From Solirubrobacterales bacterium (GTDB taxonomy: Bacteria > Actinomycetota > Thermoleophilia > Solirubrobacterales > 70-9), in the NCBI GenBank assembly GCA_035572835.1, contig DATNAG010000054.1, positions 28,553 through 92,552 on the forward strand: a stretch of 64,000 nt of DNA, in the 5' to 3' direction. The notes under the pieces were generated by a model. That model did no database searches, had not been told where the DNA came from, and saw only the letters and a program-made list of their open reading frames with translations. Below are positions 53,215 through 61,098 of this stretch, piece by piece. The position numbers were made by a program, and so were the translations under genes. How positions within the stretch are numbered: position 1 is the stretch's first letter; the number at the start of each line of letters is the position of its first letter.

Positions 53215-54182
53215 AGTCGCCGAAGGTCGTCTGCCTCGGCGTCCACCTGCTCGACATCCTCGTGCGGCACCCGGAAGCGCCGACCCTGAACACGGGCTGG
53301 CAGATCCTCGACGACCTGCGGATCACCGCGGCCGGGACCGCCGCCGGCCCGGCCGTCGACCTGGCGAAGCTCGGCGCCCGGCCGATCTCGATGGGCGTGA
53401 TCGGCGACGACTACGAGGGCGGCCTGATGGTCGATCTGATGGCCGGGTTCGGCTGCGACATGAGCCGCCTGGTCCGCGACCCGGGTGGGCCGACCCACAT
53501 CTCGCTGCTCTTCATCGGCCCCGACGGTGAGCGCAATCCGATCATGATCCGACCCACGGGAGCGCGGTCATTGACCCTCGACGACATCGACTTCGACGTC
53601 GTCGCCGACGCCGACGTGCTCCACGTGGGCGGAGCCGATCAGCTCGGTGAGTTCGTCGGCGGGCCGCTGGTCGAGCTGGTCCGCCACGCGCGGCGCAACG
53701 ACACGGTCGTCACCGTCGACGTGCTGGCGGAAGTGGATGAAGAGTTCCGGGACCGGCTGGCGCCGGCGCTCGCCGAGGCCGACTTCTTCTTCCCCAACGA
53801 GGGCCAGCTGGCGGGGATGACCGGCACCGAGGACCCGGGTGAGGGAGTCGCGCGGATGCGAGAGCTGGTCGGGGTGGAGACCGTGATCGGCACCCTCGGC
53901 GGCGAGGGCAGCCTGATCCTCGGCCCCGGCGGCGAGTCCCGCGTCCCCGCCTTCGAGATCGACGTGGTCGACACGACCGGCTGCGGCGACGCCTACGTGG
54001 CGGGCTTCATCGTCGCCATCGCCAACGGTTGGGACGCCGAGGCCGCGGGCTGGCTCGGCGCCGCGGCCTCGGGCCTGGTGGCCACCGGCCTCGGCTCCGA
54101 CTCCGGCATCGTCGACCTCGACAGCACCCTGGAGTTCATGACCTCCCAGGCCCCCGCCCACATCGCCGCCCTCCCACGTTGA
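53211..54182 (+). CDS. PfkB-family carbohydrate kinase
   Basis: VVCLGVHLLDIL...and C-terminal VVDTTGCGDAYVAGF (PfkB signature 2). The GTG start overlaps the aldolase TGA (GTGA). Confidence 0.8.
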   Translation: MKSPKVVCLGVHLLDILVRHPEAPTLNTGWQILDDLRITAAGTAAGPAVDLAKLGARPISMGVIGDDYEGGLMVDLMAGFGCDMSRLVRDPGGPTHISLLFIGPDGERNPIMIRPTGARSLTLDDIDFDVVADADVLHVGGADQLGEFVGGPLVELVRHARRNDTVVTVDVLAEVDEEFRDRLAPALAEADFFFPNEGQLAGMTGTEDPGEGVARMRELVGVETVIGTLGGEGSLILGPGGESRVPAFEIDVVDTTGCGDAYVAGFIVAIANGWDAEAAGWLGAAASGLVATGLGSDSGIVDLDSTLEFMTSQAPAHIAALPR

Positions 54183-54225
54183 TGGGCCGAAAACTTGCCA
54201 TATAGGCAAGTTTTCGGCCCATCAA
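54179..54225. terminator. 21-bp perfect-stem hairpin with ATATA loop between convergent genes (candidate bidirectional, U-tract-less terminator)
   Basis: TTGATGGGCCGAAAACTTGCC-ATATA-GGCAAGTTTTCGGCCCATCAA. The kinase stop codon lies inside the 5' arm. Confidence 0.6.
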
Positions 54226-54233
54226 CACCCCGG

Positions 54234-55202
54234 TCAGAGGACGGCCATCGGGTTGACCGGGCCGCCGACGCCGCCGCGGAGGGGCAGCGGCTGGCCGGCG
54301 AAGAGGAACTCCCAGCGGCCCGCGGCGGCGCAGGCCTCGGCGAGCGCGTCGAGCTCGAAGTTCTCGCCGAGGATCATCCCCATGTAGACGAGCGCCAGCT
54401 CGTGCACGGGGAAGTCGGGCGGCCCACCGGTCAGCTGCTCGACCGCCCAGTTGTCGCAGGCGATCGCGCAGGCGCCGAGCTCATGCAGCAGCGGCAGCGC
54501 GTCGACGGCGAGGCCGGGGCTGTGCGGAAGGTTCGGGCCGCACTGGGCGAACTCGGTCCAGGCGCCGGTCACCTTCGTCGCACCTAGATGGCCGGTGCGG
54601 ACGAGCAGCGCGTCGCCGGGCCGGACCTCGACCCCCTGGGCGTCGAGCACCTCGCGCAGTTCGTCGGCGCCGATCCCCTCCCCCGCCGGCAGCACCTCGA
54701 CGCCGCGGTGGCGGGCGACGTCGGCAAGGACGCCGCGGGTGAGGAGCCGGCGGGCGACCGGGAGGATGTCGTTGCGCCGGGCGCCCTGGGTCGCCGTCAC
54801 CTCGGCGGCGCTGATCCCCCCGTACATCTTGCCGCGGTGGAAGAAGTGCGAGAGCGCGTCCCAATGGGTGGCGGCATGGACCGCCATCATCAGGAAGTCG
54901 TCGGCCGACACCGGCCCGTCGTGATCGGGCGGAAAGTCGCCCGGCACCTCGGTCATCAGGTGCAGCGGGTTCTGCCGGCCCGAGCCCGGCGGCTGTGGCA
55001 GGTCCGGCCGCAGCTCGAAGCCGAGCGAGAACGCCTCGCCGGTGCGCACCGCGGCACTCGCCTCGAGCCGCTTCTTCGGCGTGATCAGGTTGAGCGCCCC
55101 GACCCCGTCCTCCCGGTCCCAGCGGTCCCAGTTGCAGAGGCGCTCGGCCAGCTCGAGGACGAGCTTCCGGGCCCCGCCTGATTCAGAGCGGACGTCCGTC
55201 AT
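54234..55202 (-). CDS. Cyclase-family protein (kynurenine-formamidase-like fold); start uncertain (55202 or 55244)
   Basis: DRWDREDGVGALNLIT...HAATHWDALSHFF...VRPGDALLVRTGH. Confidence 0.65.
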   Translation of the reverse strand: MTDVRSESGGARKLVLELAERLCNWDRWDREDGVGALNLITPKKRLEASAAVRTGEAFSLGFELRPDLPQPPGSGRQNPLHLMTEVPGDFPPDHDGPVSADDFLMMAVHAATHWDALSHFFHRGKMYGGISAAEVTATQGARRNDILPVARRLLTRGVLADVARHRGVEVLPAGEGIGADELREVLDAQGVEVRPGDALLVRTGHLGATKVTGAWTEFAQCGPNLPHSPGLAVDALPLLHELGACAIACDNWAVEQLTGGPPDFPVHELALVYMGMILGENFELDALAEACAAAGRWEFLFAGQPLPLRGGVGGPVNPMAVL

Positions 55203-55309
55203 ATCTCCGCCGAGGACTCTATGTCGACCCGCCTCCGTCCGCAACGGCGGGTCCGGTGGACGCCGAAGATGGCGAGCGCGTCCTTACTTCCGGCCCTCGG
55301 AGCAGGCGC

Positions 55310-55732
55310 TCAGGCCGGCGTGATGACGACGACCGGAATCGGCCGGGCGGTTTCCTTCTGGTAGGCGATGTAACGATCGCCGTTCTCGTCGTTGACGATC
55401 TTCCAGAGCCGCGCGTAATCGGGATCCGAGGGCTCGACCACCTTGCATCCGGCCTCCTTGCGCTCGCGACCGATCTGGATCTCGACCTCCGGCTTCGCCT
55501 TGAGGTTGAGCAGCCAGGCCGGAGGCTGGTCAGAGCCCCCTTTGGAGGCGACGACGAGATATTCGGCGCCGTCGCGGGCATAGACGAGGCTGATCGTCCG
55601 CGTCGCGCCGGAGCGACGACCGGTCGTCCTCAGCAGCAAGGTCGGCACGCCGAGCAGCCGATGTCCGACCCGCCCGTCGGTCGCCTTGTAGATCTGGTCG
55701 TGGATTCGGAGGACAGCGCTGAGGAGGCTCAC
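55310..55732 (-). CDS. Deazaflavin (F420H2)-dependent nitroreductase family protein, Ddn-like
   Basis: LLLRTTGRRSGATRTISLVYARDGAEYLVVASKGGSDQPPAWLLNLKA.PEVEIQIG. Confidence 0.8.
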   Translation of the reverse strand: MSLLSAVLRIHDQIYKATDGRVGHRLLGVPTLLLRTTGRRSGATRTISLVYARDGAEYLVVASKGGSDQPPAWLLNLKAKPEVEIQIGRERKEAGCKVVEPSDPDYARLWKIVNDENGDRYIAYQKETARPIPVVVITPA

Positions 55733-55858
55733 GGACGCAGCCTAACTCGGCGGGCCGCTCTTGATGTCGGGATAGGTCTCGAGCTGCACGACGGCCGTTG
55801 ACACCCGGATGCCCATCCGTTCTACTCGACCGACAGATCGACGAGGAGGAGGGGCAGC

Positions 55859-56329
55859 ATGGCAACGCTCCATTTCAAGGCGACCACCAAGGCGACTCCC
55901 GAGCAATTCGTCGCCGCGCTGACCGACTTCGGCCCGGGCCGCGCGGAGCTCTTTCCGAACAGCACCGACGACGAATTGACGGTTCACGGCCAGGGCCCGA
56001 CCGAAGCCGACGTCACCGAGGGATCGAAAGGAATCTGGGAGCGCCTGCACTACGACTGGTCGGACCCGAACCGGGTCGTCCTGACCACGACCGACTCCAA
56101 CACCTGGAGCAACAAGTCGGGCCACACCTACGCGTTCAAGCGTCAACCCGATGGCATGACCGGGGTCGAGTACACGGTCGTGCGCGACGGCAAGACCCTG
56201 AAAGGCCACTTGCTCGGCTTGGTCGTCGGTACCGTCGGTCGGGGCGTGCTGAAGAAGGCGTTCGACCATGCGGTCGAGGCCATCGAGGCCCGCCGGGGTG
56301 GTGACGCGAGCCCCGCAGGAGCGAGCTGA
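55859..56329 (+). CDS. SRPBCC (START/polyketide-cyclase-like) superfamily protein
   Basis: 156 aa. MATLHFKATTKATPEQFVAALTDFG...W.RLHYDWSDPNRVVLTTTDSN fits what I recall of SRPBCC proteins. The call is weak. Confidence 0.5.
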   Translation: MATLHFKATTKATPEQFVAALTDFGPGRAELFPNSTDDELTVHGQGPTEADVTEGSKGIWERLHYDWSDPNRVVLTTTDSNTWSNKSGHTYAFKRQPDGMTGVEYTVVRDGKTLKGHLLGLVVGTVGRGVLKKAFDHAVEAIEARRGGDASPAGAS

Positions 56330-56345
56330 CGCCGGCGCCGGTCAG

Positions 56346-56380
56346 TGGCGGGGCGGGATTCGAACCCGCGACACCACGAC
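56346..56380 (-). other. tRNA-like 3' fragment (T-arm + acceptor 3' strand) without the rest of a tRNA; possible att-site remnant or 3' end of an unrecognised tRNA-like/tmRNA-like RNA
   Basis: The reverse complement reads GTCGTGGTGTC-GCGGG-TTCGAAT-CCCGC-CCCGCCA. I found no matching 5' acceptor strand, D arm or anticodon arm in the preceding ~100 nt. Confidence 0.5.
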
Positions 56381-56987
56381 ATACTGGGAGAGGTCCGTTC
56401 CCTCGGATGGCAGGGGTGGAGCGAACGCACTCAGTTCGGGTCAGCGCACCGCTGTTCCGCCTGCTCCACCGAAGAGAACGATTTGCGAAGGACCGATCTG
56501 AACGGTGGCCGCTCCTCGGCGAAGAGCACGGCGACTTCCGAGCCGGCAGGTCTCGTTCCTTGGGTGCTGCTCCCCACCGCTCGACCCGTCGCTCTTGCGC
56601 CACACAACGCGGTAGTCGCTAAAACGGCCTAGAGCGGGCGCACCATCGGGCACTCGAACGGAGGATCTCCAAAGAGTGCCGACCCTTTACGTCCCTTGAA
56701 CCAGAGATGGGCGGCGGCAGACGCCCGACAGGAGACCTTCTCACCATCGCCAGGTCTCGTGATCACACCCTGCCGAGCACGCCGTTTCTAAACGGCTGTT
56801 CGAGTTTTCAATTGACAGAGATCAGTCTCTATGTTCTGATTGACCATGACCGTGGACGGGGGGACCGGTACGGAAGCCGTGTTTGCGGTGACCTCAGGCG
56901 GCGTACGTTCTGCCGCTCTGAGTGCGCGTCAAGGCGCGTATCTGAAAACCAGAGAGTCGTCCGAACGGGCGACGAAAAGGAGCACAC

Positions 56988-57560
56988 ATGCGAAAATTCG
57001 CAACGGTGGCGGCAGTTGCCGCAGCCATGATGGCGTTTGCGGGCGCGAGTTCAGCGTCAGCAGCCTCATGGAGCGCCCAGAACACGGGTCTGTTTGGACC
57101 ATCCAAAACGATGCAGTTCACCAGCCAGGCAGGAAATATCACCTACTGCCCCGGGCAGATCCCCAGTTGGAGTGGTAAAGCGAGCGGCGCGGTCCTCAGT
57201 TGGGCAGGCCCTAGCTTGACCGGCTGCAATGTGTCCACGGGTGGGACCGCCAGCATCACTCCGAGCGGACAATGGTCGCTTACTGCGAGCACCGTTTCCT
57301 CGGTTGCTTTGAAAGCTGACACCGTGCCATCGGGTGGAACGGTGTTGACGATCAAACAGGCGCAGACCGGTTGCATCATCGCCGTAAAAGGACCGCTCTC
57401 CCTCAGCGGCCTTCCCTGGAACAACAGCACGCATACCTTTGCGCTGGAAAATTCCGTCGCCATCCAGGCCTCAGGCCCTGGCTTCTGCAATGGAATCATA
57501 GGGTCGTCGATGATTATTACCGGAACCATCAGTATTCCGGGAGAGACGATTCTTCCGTGA
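56988..57560 (+). CDS. Small secreted Cys-containing hypothetical protein (190 aa)
   Basis: Signal peptide MRKFATVAAVAAAMMAFAGASSASA; four Cys. AAAGGAG RBS upstream. It is followed by a canonical terminator. Confidence 0.7.
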   Translation: MRKFATVAAVAAAMMAFAGASSASAASWSAQNTGLFGPSKTMQFTSQAGNITYCPGQIPSWSGKASGAVLSWAGPSLTGCNVSTGGTASITPSGQWSLTASTVSSVALKADTVPSGGTVLTIKQAQTGCIIAVKGPLSLSGLPWNNSTHTFALENSVAIQASGPGFCNGIIGSSMIITGTISIPGETILP

Positions 57561-57577
57561 CCTGAAGGCGTACGAAC

Positions 57578-57612
57578 GGGGCGGCCGTCGCTGACGGCCG
57601 CCCCTTTTTTTT
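57578..57612 (+). terminator. Canonical intrinsic terminator: 12-bp GC stem + T8
   Basis: GGGGCGGCCGTC-gct-GACGGCCGCCCC followed by TTTTTTTT, 18 nt after the stop of the 190-aa gene. Confidence 0.85.
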
Positions 57613-58008
57613 GCCCTGATGCGCCGGGTTGAATAGAAGCTTTTCTCGACCGGCTTACAAGCCGCCCGATGCGTTCAGTGGAATTGTCGGCCGGTTGCAG
57701 TTGGCGGGGCCGTCGCTCCGTCGCACCGATGCTCCAGATGCCCGCCGAGGCCGCCTGACGCAGCAATGGAGGATCTCCGGACTGCCGGCAGGATCGCGCC
57801 GGACTATCCACTCTCGATTGAGAGCGCAGACCTGAAACGGCCCCCCGCAGGACCCGATGAACGATGGGACGGGACTGAGCTTCTGGTAGCTCGACCGGTG
57901 ATGCGCGGGCGGGGCCCCATCAACCCCGGGCGGGGCCTGGGTCCCCCAGCCGCTCGAGGACGGCCAGGGCACCCAGGACAGCGAATTAGCGACCGGAACT
58001 GGGGGCAG

Positions 58009-61000
58009 CTAGTGCTTTTGGTGCTTGGACTTCTTGCCGTGCCCGCACACCGTCTCTATCCCTTGGAGGAAGTCGCTCGTCTTGCCGTTGTGGGCGGTCA
58101 TTTGAACGTTGGCCACCGGCTTGACTTTGCAGAGGTTTTTCGAGTTTTCGATCAGACCGCGCTTGCCGCCCTTCAGCTTCAGTTCGAAGCGTGACACTGG
58201 CGCGTCGGGGACGTTGAGGAAGCGGGTCCTCACCCGCGAGCCTTCGTTGCCGACCTTGACCGAGTCGATGAAGCCGACCAGGACCACGTGGATCTGTCCG
58301 TCCAGGTCGGCGACGATGTCGGGGAGCCGGCGTTCGCCTCCGTTGGAGCGGAAGTAGACCGGCCCTTCGAGTGGCTTGTCGAGCAGCGGCGAGTACGCCT
58401 TGGCAGTACCGAGGATCGAACCGGCAGGACATTGGTCCGCCGCGAACTGGACCCGGGTGCAGGGACCGTTGACATGAGCCTGATCGATGAACTCCGACCG
58501 CGGCAGGATTACCGTCGTGCCGGCGATGTTGGCCTGCCCGCCAGGTGCGGTCAGGACCGCTTTCACCGCAGGGTTGCCGGTGCGCTTCGTCGGGCCGCCG
58601 AAGGCTAGCTTCAGCCGGGGTTTGAAGCCGAGGCGGCCGCATTCGGCGACCTGGAAGCGGTTGGAGGTCGCGACACTCTGACCGTTCAGCAGCGCCGCCG
58701 AGCCCGTCACCGCGAACGGATCGCAGCTGGTCGGCGTCTTGATGAACTCGCCGCGGTCGATCCGCAGGTCGATCGAGCGGATGTCGATCGGGATCCCCTG
58801 CAGGATGTGCGGGAAAGGATCGGAGATCGCGCGGACCTGGGCAGTGGTCGGGTCGACCTGGAGCGCCGTGCGCACCACCACGGTGCCAAGGTCAAAGGGT
58901 CCGGCTACCGCCGGGACCACGACCGCGAGCGAAAGGGGGGCGCCTTTATATGGACCGGCGAGGTAGGCCTTTCCGGCCGCATTGAACGGAGTCGGTCCCG
59001 CCCCGGCACCGACGGAGACCGTACCTACCTGGGAGGCGGCCGGGCAGCTCGCCTGCGCCTGCTCGAGCTTCCCTTCCCTTCCGGCCGCCGCGGCGAGTGC
59101 GGCGTCCGAGCAGTAGGGAACCCCGGCGAGCTTTGCCAGCAGTCCCGGCGGAAGAGTGTCATCGAGCCCGGAGATTTCGGGCGTGCCGTCCGCTCTGGAG
59201 ATGCTGAGGACGAACGGCGAGTAGATTCCCGCGACCGCCGAGACCGTCCCAGCCTGGAAGGAGGGAGCGGCGGTGACGGTGCAGGATCCCCCGCCGGGGC
59301 CGTGGCCGATCCGGTAGGTGTCCGATGGCGTCGCCGGCGGGCCCGATTGAGGTGCTGACCATGGGGTCAGGACCGACGACGTGGTGTAGGTGCCGCAACT
59401 AGCCGGGGTGCGCAGCGGGCCGAGCGCCCCGGGATTCAAGTGCAGTTGCAGTTGTTCGACCGGCAACTGAGGGTTTTCGGTGAAGGTGGTGCTCAACTGC
59501 CCCGTCGTGGGATTCGCGGCCACCTTGCCGGCCAGCTTGATGTGGAGACCGTGCCCTTCGACGGTGAGGTAGAGGGCCAGCAGCGAGCCGAACGGGTTGT
59601 CGTGGGGCGTCGCAAGAAAAACGTGACCTTGGAGAGGGTCGTCGAACACCGGCGTGATCACCTTCACCGTGCCGAGATTCGAAGATTCCGGACAACTCGG
59701 CACTTGTTTGCTGAAATGTGGCCCTGGTTCGGGACCCGTAGGCAGGAGACCAATCTGGGCCGGCGAGCAGGCGCCGAGGCCATTGGCCGACGAGGGGTTG
59801 ACGACGAGACCCTGCGGAAGAGTCACCGTGGCATCTCGTAGAGCCGGAGTCGCGCTTTCTTCGCCGACGGTGCCACGGGCGATGGCCGGCGCGACCGTCT
59901 CGATGGTCGCCGTGCCCTGAAGCGCTTCAACACCGTCAGCAACCGAGACCTCTTCCACATCTTGGTAGCCCAGCGTGCCCCGGAAGATGATGCGATAGGG
60001 CGTCGAGCCGTCTTCACTGCCAGGCCCGCCGCGCACCGCGACGTTGCCGGCCCCGATAGAGGCGAGCCCTTCGAGGGCACTCTGGACTTCTTCCGGTGAG
60101 CTGCTGTAAGGCAGGTCGCCAGTGGTCTGGCCGCCGAACGTCAGGTTGAACTGCCCGCCGGTGGCGGTGACGGTGAGTTCCTGTTCCTCGTAATGGCCGA
60201 GGATGGAATCATGCTGGGGCATGTCGATCGTGGCTTCGAGCCCTGAAGGCGAGTCGGCATTTTCGGTCGTCGGCCGCGCCCTTAGCTGCGGACGAAATTC
60301 GAGCTGGTCGCATCCCGTGATCGGAGGAAGGACGTCGGAGCGTTCGGAGTACGTATCTGGTTCCTGGTAAGAGTTCGCTGCAGCATGAAATTGCAGTGGA
60401 CCGCCGCAGCTCGTCGGGTTGGTGAAAAACGGCGCGCGTGGAAGCTGTCGAGGTGCCTGCGCAGTGTTCCCCGCCATGTCCGGCCGTTCCGCGTCGTGAC
60501 TCGGATCTCCCGGGACACCCCAGATCGTCAAGTCGACGAGCTTGACGCCTTTGATCCGCGAAGTACCGGCACTGGTAGTGGTCAGACCATAGTCGGCTTC
60601 CGACCGGGGGCTAACCTTCAGAATCACAAATACGGCGCTGGCAGCGACAAAGCCGAGTTCCGCGGTCACGTCTGCATTTCGCGGCTCGAGATTGATCACA
60701 GGGTACGCGAGCCCTTCGAGTGGAATTCCATTGTCGAAGAGGGTGATGTGGGCGATGCCGACTTGGGTGTCAGGTGGGCACCGAAGGCTCAGGTAATCGG
60801 CTTGATTGCACTGCGGCGTCGCACTGGGGTCTCCGATCATCCCCGGTGGCAGTTCCACGGCGACATCGCGCACGTTCCCTTCCAGGTGATTGCCGAAGGG
60901 ACCACCGGTCGAGAAGCTCGAGAATGCAAGGTGCGTGGTCAGGTCGGGGTGCGCACCCGCCGCCGAGGAAGTGCTCGCAACCGAGAACTCTTCGATCGAA

Positions 61001-61098
61001 AACGCCGCCGAGGCAGACGAGGCCGCCACCAGCAACGTTACGCAAGCGAGCAACAGCGCACCGATGCCCCTCCCGGTGAACCTCGGACGTCCCCTCAT
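58009..61098 (-). CDS. Giant secreted hypothetical protein (1029 aa) with repeated Cys-pair modules and basic His/Lys C-terminal tail
   Basis: Signal peptide MRGRPRFTGRGIGALLLACVTLLVAASSASA. The ATG at 61098 overlaps the upstream TGA (ATGA). See findings for the module description. Confidence 0.75.
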   Translation of the reverse strand: MRGRPRFTGRGIGALLLACVTLLVAASSASAAFSIEEFSVASTSSAAGAHPDLTTHLAFSSFSTGGPFGNHLEGNVRDVAVELPPGMIGDPSATPQCNQADYLSLRCPPDTQVGIAHITLFDNGIPLEGLAYPVINLEPRNADVTAELGFVAASAVFVILKVSPRSEADYGLTTTSAGTSRIKGVKLVDLTIWGVPGDPSHDAERPDMAGNTAQAPRQLPRAPFFTNPTSCGGPLQFHAAANSYQEPDTYSERSDVLPPITGCDQLEFRPQLRARPTTENADSPSGLEATIDMPQHDSILGHYEEQELTVTATGGQFNLTFGGQTTGDLPYSSSPEEVQSALEGLASIGAGNVAVRGGPGSEDGSTPYRIIFRGTLGYQDVEEVSVADGVEALQGTATIETVAPAIARGTVGEESATPALRDATVTLPQGLVVNPSSANGLGACSPAQIGLLPTGPEPGPHFSKQVPSCPESSNLGTVKVITPVFDDPLQGHVFLATPHDNPFGSLLALYLTVEGHGLHIKLAGKVAANPTTGQLSTTFTENPQLPVEQLQLHLNPGALGPLRTPASCGTYTTSSVLTPWSAPQSGPPATPSDTYRIGHGPGGGSCTVTAAPSFQAGTVSAVAGIYSPFVLSISRADGTPEISGLDDTLPPGLLAKLAGVPYCSDAALAAAAGREGKLEQAQASCPAASQVGTVSVGAGAGPTPFNAAGKAYLAGPYKGAPLSLAVVVPAVAGPFDLGTVVVRTALQVDPTTAQVRAISDPFPHILQGIPIDIRSIDLRIDRGEFIKTPTSCDPFAVTGSAALLNGQSVATSNRFQVAECGRLGFKPRLKLAFGGPTKRTGNPAVKAVLTAPGGQANIAGTTVILPRSEFIDQAHVNGPCTRVQFAADQCPAGSILGTAKAYSPLLDKPLEGPVYFRSNGGERRLPDIVADLDGQIHVVLVGFIDSVKVGNEGSRVRTRFLNVPDAPVSRFELKLKGGKRGLIENSKNLCKVKPVANVQMTAHNGKTSDFLQGIETVCGHGKKSKHQKH

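Noticed and set aside
56441-56653. 70-aa ORF (MPDGAPALGRFSDYRVVW...) and 95-aa ORF 56345..56632
   Set aside because: They have no RBS, an arbitrary composition, mutual antisense overlap, and location within strongly self-complementary sequence. Probably non-coding.
56345-56760. Calling this a complete tmRNA (ssrA) or tRNA gene
   Set aside because: Only the T-arm and acceptor 3' strand are convincing. There is no complementary 5' acceptor strand (TGGCGGG or GGCGGGG), no D or anticodon arm, and no short tag ORF ending in a hydrophobic ...AA plus stop. The only frame through the candidate tag region runs about 70 codons (ORF 56441..56653). It is kept as an uncertain finding, not as an RNA gene.
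57143-57811. 222-aa minus-strand ORF and other ORFs in 57613-58008
   Set aside because: The 222-aa ORF is antisense to the well-supported secreted 190-aa gene and crosses its terminator. The remaining ORFs are short, lack an RBS and have R/P/G-rich translations.
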